Below, in pieces: positions 9,311 to 19,081 of a stretch of 64,000 nucleotides of DNA. The notes below the pieces were generated by a model. It did not search any database and had not been told where the DNA came from. It saw nothing but the letters and a program-made list of their open reading frames with translations. The stretch is taken from the NCBI GenBank assembly GCA_045130275.1, contig JBGUPL010000013.1:3900-67899 (forward strand). The letters are read 5' to 3'. Within the stretch, counting starts at the first letter, position 1. Each line of letters starts with the position of its first letter. A program made the translations under genes and the position numbers. This DNA is from Bacteroidales bacterium. GTDB lineage: Bacteria; Bacteroidota; Bacteroidia; Bacteroidales; WCHB1-69.

Positions 9311-9895
9311 TCACTTGATACTGTTGTCAAAACCAGTATGGAATTTTGCGATAGAGAAAACGTAATGTTGTGTATTGATGGTTTCGATCGAATATTTCTC
9401 TGAATTCATCAGAACATTTTTCATATTGTTGCGGATACCTTCGCCCGTGAGTTTCAACACAGCCTCTTTCCGGGTCCAGAGTGTCAGAAAAGCCTCATCG
9501 GTGTTTTGCGACGCCCGGATCCAATCCTGTTCCTCATCGTTCATAGTATAGTCGATCAATTCAGGGCTGACATGGCGCACAACCTCCACATCTGCGCCTA
9601 CAGGTTCGCTGTCTATGACGCATAGCGCCACTGTCTTGGAGTGGCTGAGACTGAAATGGATATCAGGGTGCTGCTCGAGAAAAGGTTTTCCGCTATCGGC
9701 CATGACGAAAACAGGATTCTCCTGGATGCCATGTTCCATCCAAAGCCCTTTCTTCAGCAGAAGATATGCCGCTAACGAGAGCTTTTGGTCGCGCTCATGC
9801 CGGAACCGCAGTGCCTCCTCGCGCCGCTGCACCGACACTTGAGCCATCGCGAAGTCGATGTCAAGCACATCCACCCGGTCATTGACATAGACCAT
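9311..9895 (-). CDS. Sfp-type 4'-phosphopantetheinyl transferase
   Basis: 194 aa with the PPTase motifs GKPF...FSLSHS, VGADVE and WTRKEAVLKLTGEG. Confidence 0.85.
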   Translation of the reverse strand: MVYVNDRVDVLDIDFAMAQVSVQRREEALRFRHERDQKLSLAAYLLLKKGLWMEHGIQENPVFVMADSGKPFLEQHPDIHFSLSHSKTVALCVIDSEPVGADVEVVRHVSPELIDYTMNDEEQDWIRASQNTDEAFLTLWTRKEAVLKLTGEGIRNNMKNVLMNSEKYSIETINTQHYVFSIAKFHTGFDNSIK

Positions 9896-9897
9896 CG

Positions 9898-10203
9898 TTA
9901 GTCAATCACCTCAAAAATATCGTCCAACTTGGTCATCTTGAAGACCTGCATCACATCGGGGCAGACGTTCCTCAGGTACATTTTTCCACCTTTAGCGGAG
10001 ACTTCTTTTCTAATTTTCAAAAAGATACGCAAACCGGAGCTGCTGATGAACGGCATCTTTCCACAGTCGAGAATGATGTTGCGATCCGCATGTTGCAGCA
10101 ACGGATCAATGGTGTCCGCTATTTGTTGTGCGGCTACAGTGTCCAACCGTCCGTCAAAAACGGCAGTAGTGGTGTTTCCCTCTTCTGTGATATTAATATT
10201 CAT
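9898..10203 (-). CDS. STAS-domain protein (anti-sigma-factor antagonist, RsbV/SpoIIAA-like)
   Basis: 101 aa. It has the typical STAS layout with the phosphorylatable-serine motif in PFISSSGLRIF. Its stop lies 2 nt from the PPTase start codon. Confidence 0.8.
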   Translation of the reverse strand: MNINITEEGNTTTAVFDGRLDTVAAQQIADTIDPLLQHADRNIILDCGKMPFISSSGLRIFLKIRKEVSAKGGKMYLRNVCPDVMQVFKMTKLDDIFEVID

Positions 10204-10267
10204 AACCTTCTAAAATATTGTATTTCAATAAATTATTTATCGTTGAAAAAATAATCAAAGCACAGCG

Positions 10268-10275
10268 CAAAGATA
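10268..10275 (-). promoter_or_regulatory. Candidate Bacteroidota -7 box (TATCTTTG) for the STAS-PPTase-porin-NRPS operon
   Basis: Plus strand caaagata equals TATCTTTG on the minus strand, matching the TAnnTTTG consensus. It lies 65 nt upstream of the STAS ATG. Confidence 0.5.
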
Positions 10276-10313
10276 ATGTTTTTCTTTTAAACCTCAAAAA
10301 CAACCTTGATTTT

Positions 10314-10376
10314 CTATTGCCTGTTGCCTATTGCCTGTTGCCTATTGCCTATTGCCTGTTGCCTGTTGCCTGTTGC
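10314..10376. repeat. Heptamer tandem array, 9 units of CTATTGC/CTGTTGC
   Basis: Nine contiguous 7-nt units counted directly. The array covers the last 21 codons and the stop of the sensor gene. Confidence 0.95.
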
Positions 10377-12434
10377 CTGTATCTTCATCCTCAATACATT
10401 CTGCCCGTTTTCGTGCGCATATTCCACCTGATCCATAATCGTCCTGATAAGATGGATACCTAAGCCACCGATCTGCCGTTCCTCTAATGGAACGTCGAGG
10501 TTGACCTCTTTTTTTTGCAAAGGATTAAACGGCGCGCCTTCGTCAATGAGGGTGGCACAAATCTGCCCGTCCATAACCTCCAGGGAAAGCTCCACGGTGC
10601 CCTTTTCACCTTCAGGATAAGCATACATGATGACATTGGTCGCGGCCTCCTCCAGCGCGAGGTTCAACTGCGGCAACAACGACATGTCAAGATTCTCTTG
10701 CTTGAAATAATCGTTCAGGAAAGGTTCCAACTTGTAGAGTTCCTCGATATTGTTGCTCATGCTCAGGGTATTATTGCCGCCTTTCGTGAAACGGACGGCC
10801 AGCATGGTGAGGTCGTCGCTCTGCTCGGCTTCCCCCACAAAGGTCTGTACCGCCAGCCGCATCTTTTCGACCTTCTCTTGAGCTGTCGCTCTGCAGTACT
10901 CCGTTGCAATTTCCAACGCTCTCGACTCCCCGAAAAGTTCCTTTTGGGTGTTCTCGGCTTCGGTCAAGCCGTCGGTGTAGAGGAACAGGGTGTCTCCGGG
11001 CAAAAGGGCCACCTCGCAAGACGTGTATTCAGCATCAGCATCAACCCCAAGGATAAGAGAAGGCGCGCTGTCCAAAAACTTCACCTTCCCGTCACGGATG
11101 ACAATCGGCGGATTATGCCCGGCATTGCAATAACGGATCATGCCTGTGGATAAATCCATGACACCTATGAACATTGTGATGAACATAATGTCGGGGTTGT
11201 TGTCGCTGATTGAGGCGTTGAGCGCCTGCATGATGTGTTCGGGGCGGCTGTCGCGGGCGGACAGGGTGCGGAACAGACTATGGGCGATGGCCATCAACAA
11301 TGCCGCCGGCACCCCTTTGCCGGAGACATCCCCGATGCAGAACAACAGCTGGTTGTCATGCACATAATAGTCGTACAAATCGCCGCCGACAAACTTGGCT
11401 GGGATCTGCAACCCCTTGATATCGATGGTTTTGATGGATTTCGTCAACGTTTCGGACGGCAACATCGCCTGCTGGATGTTTCTGGCGATGGAAAGCTCAT
11501 CCTCGATATGCTGTTCCTTCAAACGCACCTCGTTAAATTTCCACAAATTCTGCACCGAACGGTACGCAATGAAGAAGACCGTCAAAACGCCTGTGAAGGC
11601 CAAAATAGAGAAAAACAGCGTTGCCATCCTTAACCGATGGTACATGTCGGCGTTGGAAATCGTAATGGTAAGGACCATGTCCTTGCCATCAATAGCCTCT
11701 GAGAAGACATGATATCTGCCTTTCGTCTTGGGCACTGACGGTGGCGCCACCAGTACAGAACCGTCTGTGGTGACTAATGTACAGAAACTATGAGGATAGA
11801 GCTTTATGTTGCTGACAATACTGGCAAGCGTGTCGAGGGTGACATCCGTGCAGATAACGCCTACCGTTTCGCCTGTACTGTCGCTGATCGGGAGACAGTA
11901 GGAAATCATGTATGCCATCCCGCCGGCATTGTCGTAGTAGGGAGCACTCCAAAAGCCTTTCTCCGACGCCAGTCCTTTCTTGAACCAGTCCATTTGGAGA
12001 TAGTCATGTTCCTCACTCCCCAACTGGGTGACGAACAAGGTGTCGAGATTCTTCCGATGGCCGGCATAGGTTTCATACCATCGACCCTCATTGGGATAGT
12101 AGTTTTCTTTGAAGGCGACGCCTGCACCCATAATGTGTGAACTGGACTCCACCGTGTGATATGCAATGTCGTACATTGCTTCAGGGTCGTCAATCATGTA
12201 TTCGGCCATCGGCCCAATGGAGTTCACAACGGTTTCTATCTTACCCAAACATCTGTTAATCGAAGCTTCAGCGTTCTTCAAGGTCATTTCCACCCGTTTT
12301 TCAACTGACCTGACTTCCTGTTTCCTAATATAAAAGTAGTACTTGATTCCAACCAAAATCAAGGCCAGAACGGCAATGAGAATCTTCAGGAGTTCTTTCT
12401 TTGCGAATTGGTATTTGTCAATAGGATAGGACAT
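10314..12434 (-). CDS. Membrane sensor combining a periplasmic Cache-like domain, a PP2C (SpoIIE/RsbU-type) phosphatase and a C-terminal HATPase (RsbW/SpoIIAB-type kinase)
   Basis: 706 aa. There are two TM segments (about aa 17-37 and 272-292) around an extracytoplasmic domain of roughly 230 aa. PP2C motifs: GGDLYDY, GDVSGKGVPAALLMA (nt 11293-11334) and LYTDGLTEA...DDLTMLAV. Kinase motifs: LEEAATNVIMYAY and GGLGIHLIRTIMD. The C-terminal tail QATGNRQQAIGNRQQAIGNRQ is encoded by the repeat array. Confidence 0.85.
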   Translation of the reverse strand: MSYPIDKYQFAKKELLKILIAVLALILVGIKYYFYIRKQEVRSVEKRVEMTLKNAEASINRCLGKIETVVNSIGPMAEYMIDDPEAMYDIAYHTVESSSHIMGAGVAFKENYYPNEGRWYETYAGHRKNLDTLFVTQLGSEEHDYLQMDWFKKGLASEKGFWSAPYYDNAGGMAYMISYCLPISDSTGETVGVICTDVTLDTLASIVSNIKLYPHSFCTLVTTDGSVLVAPPSVPKTKGRYHVFSEAIDGKDMVLTITISNADMYHRLRMATLFFSILAFTGVLTVFFIAYRSVQNLWKFNEVRLKEQHIEDELSIARNIQQAMLPSETLTKSIKTIDIKGLQIPAKFVGGDLYDYYVHDNQLLFCIGDVSGKGVPAALLMAIAHSLFRTLSARDSRPEHIMQALNASISDNNPDIMFITMFIGVMDLSTGMIRYCNAGHNPPIVIRDGKVKFLDSAPSLILGVDADAEYTSCEVALLPGDTLFLYTDGLTEAENTQKELFGESRALEIATEYCRATAQEKVEKMRLAVQTFVGEAEQSDDLTMLAVRFTKGGNNTLSMSNNIEELYKLEPFLNDYFKQENLDMSLLPQLNLALEEAATNVIMYAYPEGEKGTVELSLEVMDGQICATLIDEGAPFNPLQKKEVNLDVPLEERQIGGLGIHLIRTIMDQVEYAHENGQNVLRMKIQATGNRQQAIGNRQQAIGNRQ

Positions 12435-12458
12435 AGCAGGCTATTATTTACAATGCGA

Positions 12459-12466
12459 CAAAAATA
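12459..12466 (-). promoter_or_regulatory. Candidate -7 box (TATTTTTG) for the sensor gene
   Basis: Plus strand caaaaata, 25 nt upstream of the ATG at 12434. Confidence 0.5.
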
Positions 12467-12493
12467 CAATAATTCCACGAGCATCGCCCAACT

Positions 12494-14419
<1,926 letters not shown>

Positions 14420-14452
14420 TATGGGAGACAGGGTTCAACGTTCAAGGATCGA

Positions 14453-15631
14453 TTAGGATTGCCGCAGCAACTCCATCGGATCCTCCTTCTGGTTTTCTTC
14501 ATAGGAAACTTTGCCGATATTCAAGAGCATACCTACGGCACATCCCGAGACAAACAGGGAGGCGCCGCCGCTGCTGATGAACGGGAGCGTCTGTCCCGTG
14601 GTGGGCAGGAGCTCGCAGTTCACCCCGATATGCACCAGTGCCTGGCAGGTGAACCAGAAGCCGATGCCGAAGGCCAACAGCCGCCCGAATGTGCCTGTCG
14701 CCTCCTTGGCGATTTTCCGGGATCTATAAAAGATGATGAGATAGGCCAGCAATACCGCCACTCCCACCACAATGCCTGTCTCCTCAAACAAAGACGCGAA
14801 GGCATAATCGGTCTCCTTCTCCGGCAACCGGTTTTTGATGACCCCTTTGCCGGGACCCGCGGGATTGAAGCCCGACCGGGCGATGGCCGTCCGCGCCAAA
14901 ATCATCTGATCGCCATAACCGTTGGTGTTATCCTTGGTGACAAAATACTCAAGTCTGTTGATGAACGTCGCCATTCGCCCGAACTTCGACTGTTTCTCCT
15001 CACTGAGATTCACCGCGACAATCATGGCCACGATCAACAATGCGGAGACGATCCCGAGCATTCCGGCAATGTCACGCAATTTGAACCCTCCAATGAAAAA
15101 CAACACCAGACCTGTTACAAAGAGGATAATGGCCGTGGACATATTCATCGTAGCTATGCACAAACAGAAAAACGAGAGCAACAGAAACAGGTACCGGACA
15201 TTGTTCGGGGTGATTTCCCCATGATTATGGTACAACCGCGCAATATAATTGGCGATATAGAATATTATCAAGAACCCAATAATGTAGAAAGTCTGCACGT
15301 CACGGCCAAAAATGGTGACGCCGCGCACGGCTTGTGAAAGCATGGTCAGCACCAACAGCACCACAGCCAAAAGGAGCAGGAACGGAGCCGCCACCCCAAC
15401 CTTCCGATAATCGAATTGGTACACCAAGAACATCCCGACATAGCCGAACAACAGATGTTTGAGATGCTGGAGAACCACGGCTCCGCGCATGCTGTAAACC
15501 ATCACGATGGATATAGCCGTCAGGAAAACCACAAGGATCAGGATCACCTTGTCGGTTTTCAGCGTAATCCGCCGCAGGAAAGACATCTTCGGCAACGGGG
15601 AAACGGTCGGGCTTGAGGTATCTGCATCCAT
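14453..15631 (-). CDS. ftsW: SEDS-family peptidoglycan glycosyltransferase FtsW
   Basis: Polytopic membrane protein with LPFISSGGASL near the C-terminus, in the dcw position after murD. The start is set at internal ATG 15631 (MDADTSS...) because the longer ORF would overlap the upstream gene by 122 nt. Confidence 0.85.
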   Translation of the reverse strand: MDADTSSPTVSPLPKMSFLRRITLKTDKVILILVVFLTAISIVMVYSMRGAVVLQHLKHLLFGYVGMFLVYQFDYRKVGVAAPFLLLLAVVLLVLTMLSQAVRGVTIFGRDVQTFYIIGFLIIFYIANYIARLYHNHGEITPNNVRYLFLLLSFFCLCIATMNMSTAIILFVTGLVLFFIGGFKLRDIAGMLGIVSALLIVAMIVAVNLSEEKQSKFGRMATFINRLEYFVTKDNTNGYGDQMILARTAIARSGFNPAGPGKGVIKNRLPEKETDYAFASLFEETGIVVGVAVLLAYLIIFYRSRKIAKEATGTFGRLLAFGIGFWFTCQALVHIGVNCELLPTTGQTLPFISSGGASLFVSGCAVGMLLNIGKVSYEENQKEDPMELLRQS

Positions 15632-15641
15632 AACAACACTG

Positions 15642-16199
15642 TTAAAGTTGTGCAACAGAAGCTTTGAAACGTTCGCCGCGTTCCCTGTAGGTGACCTGGC
15701 CGTTGCCGTGGACGCCCGGAGCATACAACACCGCATCGCCTTTCTGGCAGGAATAGAATGCATGGTTCACTGCATCCTCCATGCTCATGGTCATCATCAC
15801 CGGAATGCCCAACTCCGCAATTCTTTGGTAAACATCAATGCTGTACACGCCTTGCAGCACCACCTCCTTGACCTTTTGTTGCGCCTCTTTCAGGACATCC
15901 TCGCTCAAAAGGTCCGGGGAATCGATGTTGGTGATCCATACGGTGGGTTTGGTCATGGACTGCAACGAATACCAAACGGCATTTGCCGTGGTGGAACGCG
16001 CATCATCGATGAAATCCACGCCCGCGAAGCTCTTGACGTGCTCCAATTTGTGGGCGCTGCCCTCGAAATCGGACAACGATTCGGCTATATTTTTCTGACG
16101 CAGGCGGATCAGCTGTTCTGACAAAGTCCCAACCCGTGGATTGGATGTCTCTCTGGCTTGTTCGAACAAGCGAAAACTGTTATTCTTCTTTGTAGGCAT
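15642..16199 (-). CDS. MurD C-terminal-domain-like protein (185 aa) occupying the murD slot; ligase N-terminal and ATPase domains are absent
   Basis: FEGSAHKLEHV...GVDFIDDARSTTANAVWYSLQSM resembles the MurD pattern F.G..HR.E.V...GV.FINDSKATN. However, NDSKATN, the GG.DKG motif and the SP.CASFD motif are replaced by DDARSTT, TNIDSP and APGVHGNG. Only 62 nt separate this ORF from the mraY stop. Confidence 0.6.
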   Translation of the reverse strand: MPTKKNNSFRLFEQARETSNPRVGTLSEQLIRLRQKNIAESLSDFEGSAHKLEHVKSFAGVDFIDDARSTTANAVWYSLQSMTKPTVWITNIDSPDLLSEDVLKEAQQKVKEVVLQGVYSIDVYQRIAELGIPVMMTMSMEDAVNHAFYSCQKGDAVLYAPGVHGNGQVTYRERGERFKASVAQL

Positions 16200-16260
16200 A
16201 ATGGTTTGTGGTTTGTTATTTATTGTCTAAGGTTTTGATTTTAAGTCCAGGCCCGAAGTT

Positions 16261-17523
16261 TTATCGGATTTTCAGTGTCGCAATGGCCAACACCGCAAGG
16301 AGCATGCTGACCACAATGAACCGTTGCACGATTTTCGATTCATGCATCCCTTTTTTCTGAAAATGGTGATGCAGCGGCGACATCAGGAATATACGCCGGC
16401 CTTCGCCGTAACGTTTTTTGGTGTATTTGAAATAAGACACTTGCATAATCACCGACAGGGACTGAGCCAGATAAATCCCACACAGGATCGGGATAAGCAG
16501 CTCTTTGCGGATGATGATGCAGGATACTGCCACGATACCGCCGAGGGTGAGGCTTCCTGTGTCGCCCATGAACACCTGCGCCGGATAGCAGTTCCACCAA
16601 TAGAAACCGATACAGGCGCCGATCACGGCCGAAACGAAAATCACCAACTCCCCGATATTGGGGATATACATGATGTTCAGATAATTGGCGAAAATCACAT
16701 TTCCCGACACATAAGCGAGAATGGCTATACCAACAGCAACAGAGGCGGTTGTACCGGTCGCCAGGCCATCCAGCCCGTCAGTGAGGTTCGCCCCGTTGGA
16801 GACTGCCGCGATAATGAAAACGATTATCGGGATGAACAACAGGAACGACCACTTCCCGGATTTGTCACCCATCCAACGGGTAAGTGCAGCGTAATCCATC
16901 TCGTGGCTTTTCACAAAAGGAATCGTGGTCTTGGAAGAGTGATGGGGCTCATCGAAAAGTTTGGGTGTGTGCGCGTTACCTTGATTCTCCACTTGGAGCA
17001 ACTCCCCGGATGTGACTTGGGTCACTTGCTGCTTCTGGACAGTTTTCTCGCAAATGACAGCACTCGGATGAAAATACATGACCGCGCCGACCACCAAACC
17101 AAGCAGAATCTGTCCCAACAACTTCTTGCGTGGCGAAAGTCCTTCCTTGTTCTTCTTGAAAACCTTGATATAGTCATCGGCAAATCCCAGCATTCCTAAC
17201 CACAGAGTGGTGAAAATCATCAAAATGACATAGATATTCCGCAATTCACAAAGCAGAAGCACCGGAACGAGTATGGCGGCAATGATGATGAGCCCGCCCA
17301 TCGTGGGGGTGCCGGCTTTCTCACTCTGCCCCGCCAGTCCCAACTCTCTGACACTCTCCCCTATTTGCTTTTTTTTCAGGTATTTGATGAAAAACTTACC
17401 AAAGAAAATAGAGATGATCAATGCCAGTACAAAGGCGGAAACGGAACGGAAGGAAATATATTGGAAGACACCCGTGCCGGGGTATCTTTGTGTATGCAGC
17501 CAAGAGAATAAATAATATAGCAT
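16261..17523 (-). CDS. mraY: Phospho-N-acetylmuramoyl-pentapeptide transferase MraY
   Basis: 420-aa polytopic membrane protein with GTPTMGG, ADDYIKV, NLTDGLDGLA and PLHHHF motifs. Confidence 0.92.
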   Translation of the reverse strand: MLYYLFSWLHTQRYPGTGVFQYISFRSVSAFVLALIISIFFGKFFIKYLKKKQIGESVRELGLAGQSEKAGTPTMGGLIIIAAILVPVLLLCELRNIYVILMIFTTLWLGMLGFADDYIKVFKKNKEGLSPRKKLLGQILLGLVVGAVMYFHPSAVICEKTVQKQQVTQVTSGELLQVENQGNAHTPKLFDEPHHSSKTTIPFVKSHEMDYAALTRWMGDKSGKWSFLLFIPIIVFIIAAVSNGANLTDGLDGLATGTTASVAVGIAILAYVSGNVIFANYLNIMYIPNIGELVIFVSAVIGACIGFYWWNCYPAQVFMGDTGSLTLGGIVAVSCIIIRKELLIPILCGIYLAQSLSVIMQVSYFKYTKKRYGEGRRIFLMSPLHHHFQKKGMHESKIVQRFIVVSMLLAVLAIATLKIR

Positions 17524-17534
17524 ATCTTTCTGAT

Positions 17535-19007
17535 TTATTGAATGTTGAAATTGGCTTTTAGTTCTTCTGTATCATCAAAATGGTGTTTGACGTGGTTGAT
17601 TTCCTGATAGTTCTCATGCCCTTTTCCCGCCACAAGAAGCACTCCTTGCGGTTGCAACATCATGCAGGCCGTCTTGATGGCCTCGCGACGGTTCTCAATG
17701 ACCAACACCTGCTTGGATTTCGCTGCGGGGACGCCTTTCAACATGTCGTTCAGAATGGCTTGAGGATCTTCGGTACGAGGATTGTCGGAGGTAAGCAACA
17801 CTTTGGAACTGTAACGGCAGGCAATTTCAGCCATTTCAGGGCGTTTCAGCGCGTCCCTGTCTCCTCCGCAGCCCACCACTGTAATCACCTCAGCCCCTTT
17901 GCCGACGATGTCGCGGATGGTTTTCAACACATTTTCAAGGGCATCTGGTGTATGCGCATAGTCCACAATGGCCGTGCCTCCCGCTTCATTGTGCAACATC
18001 TGGAAACGACCCGCCGCACTGTCCAGCATACTCATTTTCGTCAGCACCATGTCCTTGTCCAGACCCAACAGAACTGCTGCCCCATAGATGGCCAAGAGAT
18101 TGTATGCATTGAACTTGCCGCAAAGCTTGAAATAGACCTCCCGGTCGTTGATCCTCATGTGGAGACCGGTGAAGGCGTTTTCCATCACCAAACCTTTGAA
18201 ATCGGCGGCGGTACGGAGACTGTATGTATGAACGGCCGCCTTGGTGTTCTGCACCATCACCCGACCGTTTTTGTCATCGACATTGGTAAGGGCGAAGGCC
18301 GTTTTAGGCAATTTGTCAAAGAAGGACTTCTTGGCCGCGATGTAATTGGCGAACGTCTTGTGGAAATCAAGGTGATCGTGGGTGATGTTACTGAAGATCG
18401 CACCGGCGAAACGCAATCCGGAGACCCGATGTTGGCAAAGCGCATGCGAACTGACTTCCATGAAGCAGTACTCGCACTGGCTCTCAACCATCTGGGAGAG
18501 CAATTTGTTGAGTTCTACCGCGTCAGGCGTGGTGTGGGTAGCAGGAATCGTTTCATCCCCCACCCTATTGACAATTGTGGAGAGCAGACCCGCCTTGTGA
18601 CCTGCCAACATAAAGAGACGGTGAAGGAGGGTGACCGTAGTGGTCTTGCCGTTGGTTCCGGTGATTCCAACCAGCTTCAGTTTGCGGCTCGGATGGTCGA
18701 AAAAAGCATCTGCAAGCAGGCCCAACGCCACGGAACTGTCCGCCACCTTGATGTAACATACATGCTCGTCAAGTGTGTCGGGAAGCGTCTCGCACACCAC
18801 GGCGCGGCATCCCTGTGCGATGGCGGCCGGAATGTACTTGTGTCCATCCGTCTGCGTACCACGCTGTGCCACATAGAGTTGCGTAGTGCCTTCGGGCTGG
18901 ACCGACACGACACGAGAGTCAAACAGTATTTCCGAAATGTTCAACTCCGGAAACCCCGTCAGCTCATAAGAGCGCAACGACTTCAGCAGTATATCCAATG
19001 GTTTCAT
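17535..19007 (-). CDS. murE: UDP-N-acetylmuramoyl-tripeptide synthetase MurE
   Basis: 490 aa with GITGTNGKTT and the Mur ligase central and C-terminal domains (VDYAHTPDAL, GCGGDRD...KR). It sits in the dcw position. Confidence 0.9.
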   Translation of the reverse strand: MKPLDILLKSLRSYELTGFPELNISEILFDSRVVSVQPEGTTQLYVAQRGTQTDGHKYIPAAIAQGCRAVVCETLPDTLDEHVCYIKVADSSVALGLLADAFFDHPSRKLKLVGITGTNGKTTTVTLLHRLFMLAGHKAGLLSTIVNRVGDETIPATHTTPDAVELNKLLSQMVESQCEYCFMEVSSHALCQHRVSGLRFAGAIFSNITHDHLDFHKTFANYIAAKKSFFDKLPKTAFALTNVDDKNGRVMVQNTKAAVHTYSLRTAADFKGLVMENAFTGLHMRINDREVYFKLCGKFNAYNLLAIYGAAVLLGLDKDMVLTKMSMLDSAAGRFQMLHNEAGGTAIVDYAHTPDALENVLKTIRDIVGKGAEVITVVGCGGDRDALKRPEMAEIACRYSSKVLLTSDNPRTEDPQAILNDMLKGVPAAKSKQVLVIENRREAIKTACMMLQPQGVLLVAGKGHENYQEINHVKHHFDDTEELKANFNIQ

Positions 19008-19019
19008 TGTCTTTTTAAA

Positions 19020-19068
19020 GGTTAATGGTTAAAGGTTAATGGTTAAAGGTTAATGGTTAAAGGTTATA
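19020..19068. repeat. Heptamer array (GGTTAAT/GGTTAAA alternating, 7 units) filling the ftsI-murE spacer
   Basis: Units counted directly, with one further degenerate unit extending to 19075. Confidence 0.95.
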
Positions 19069-19081
19069 GTTTAAGTCAGGG

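Noticed and set aside
14453-15763. Longest-ORF starts for several genes: ftsW 15763, mraZ 23221, hflX 23504 (TTG), the secreted protein 30297, sbcD 35094, the T9SS cargo 43522, dus 46677, the MORN protein 51049, the Omp28-like protein 59366 and the pseudouridine synthase 62626.
   Set aside because: The N-terminal extensions overlap upstream genes or promoter boxes, or they precede an obvious signal peptide or conserved N-terminus. Internal ATGs were chosen instead, as listed in the features.
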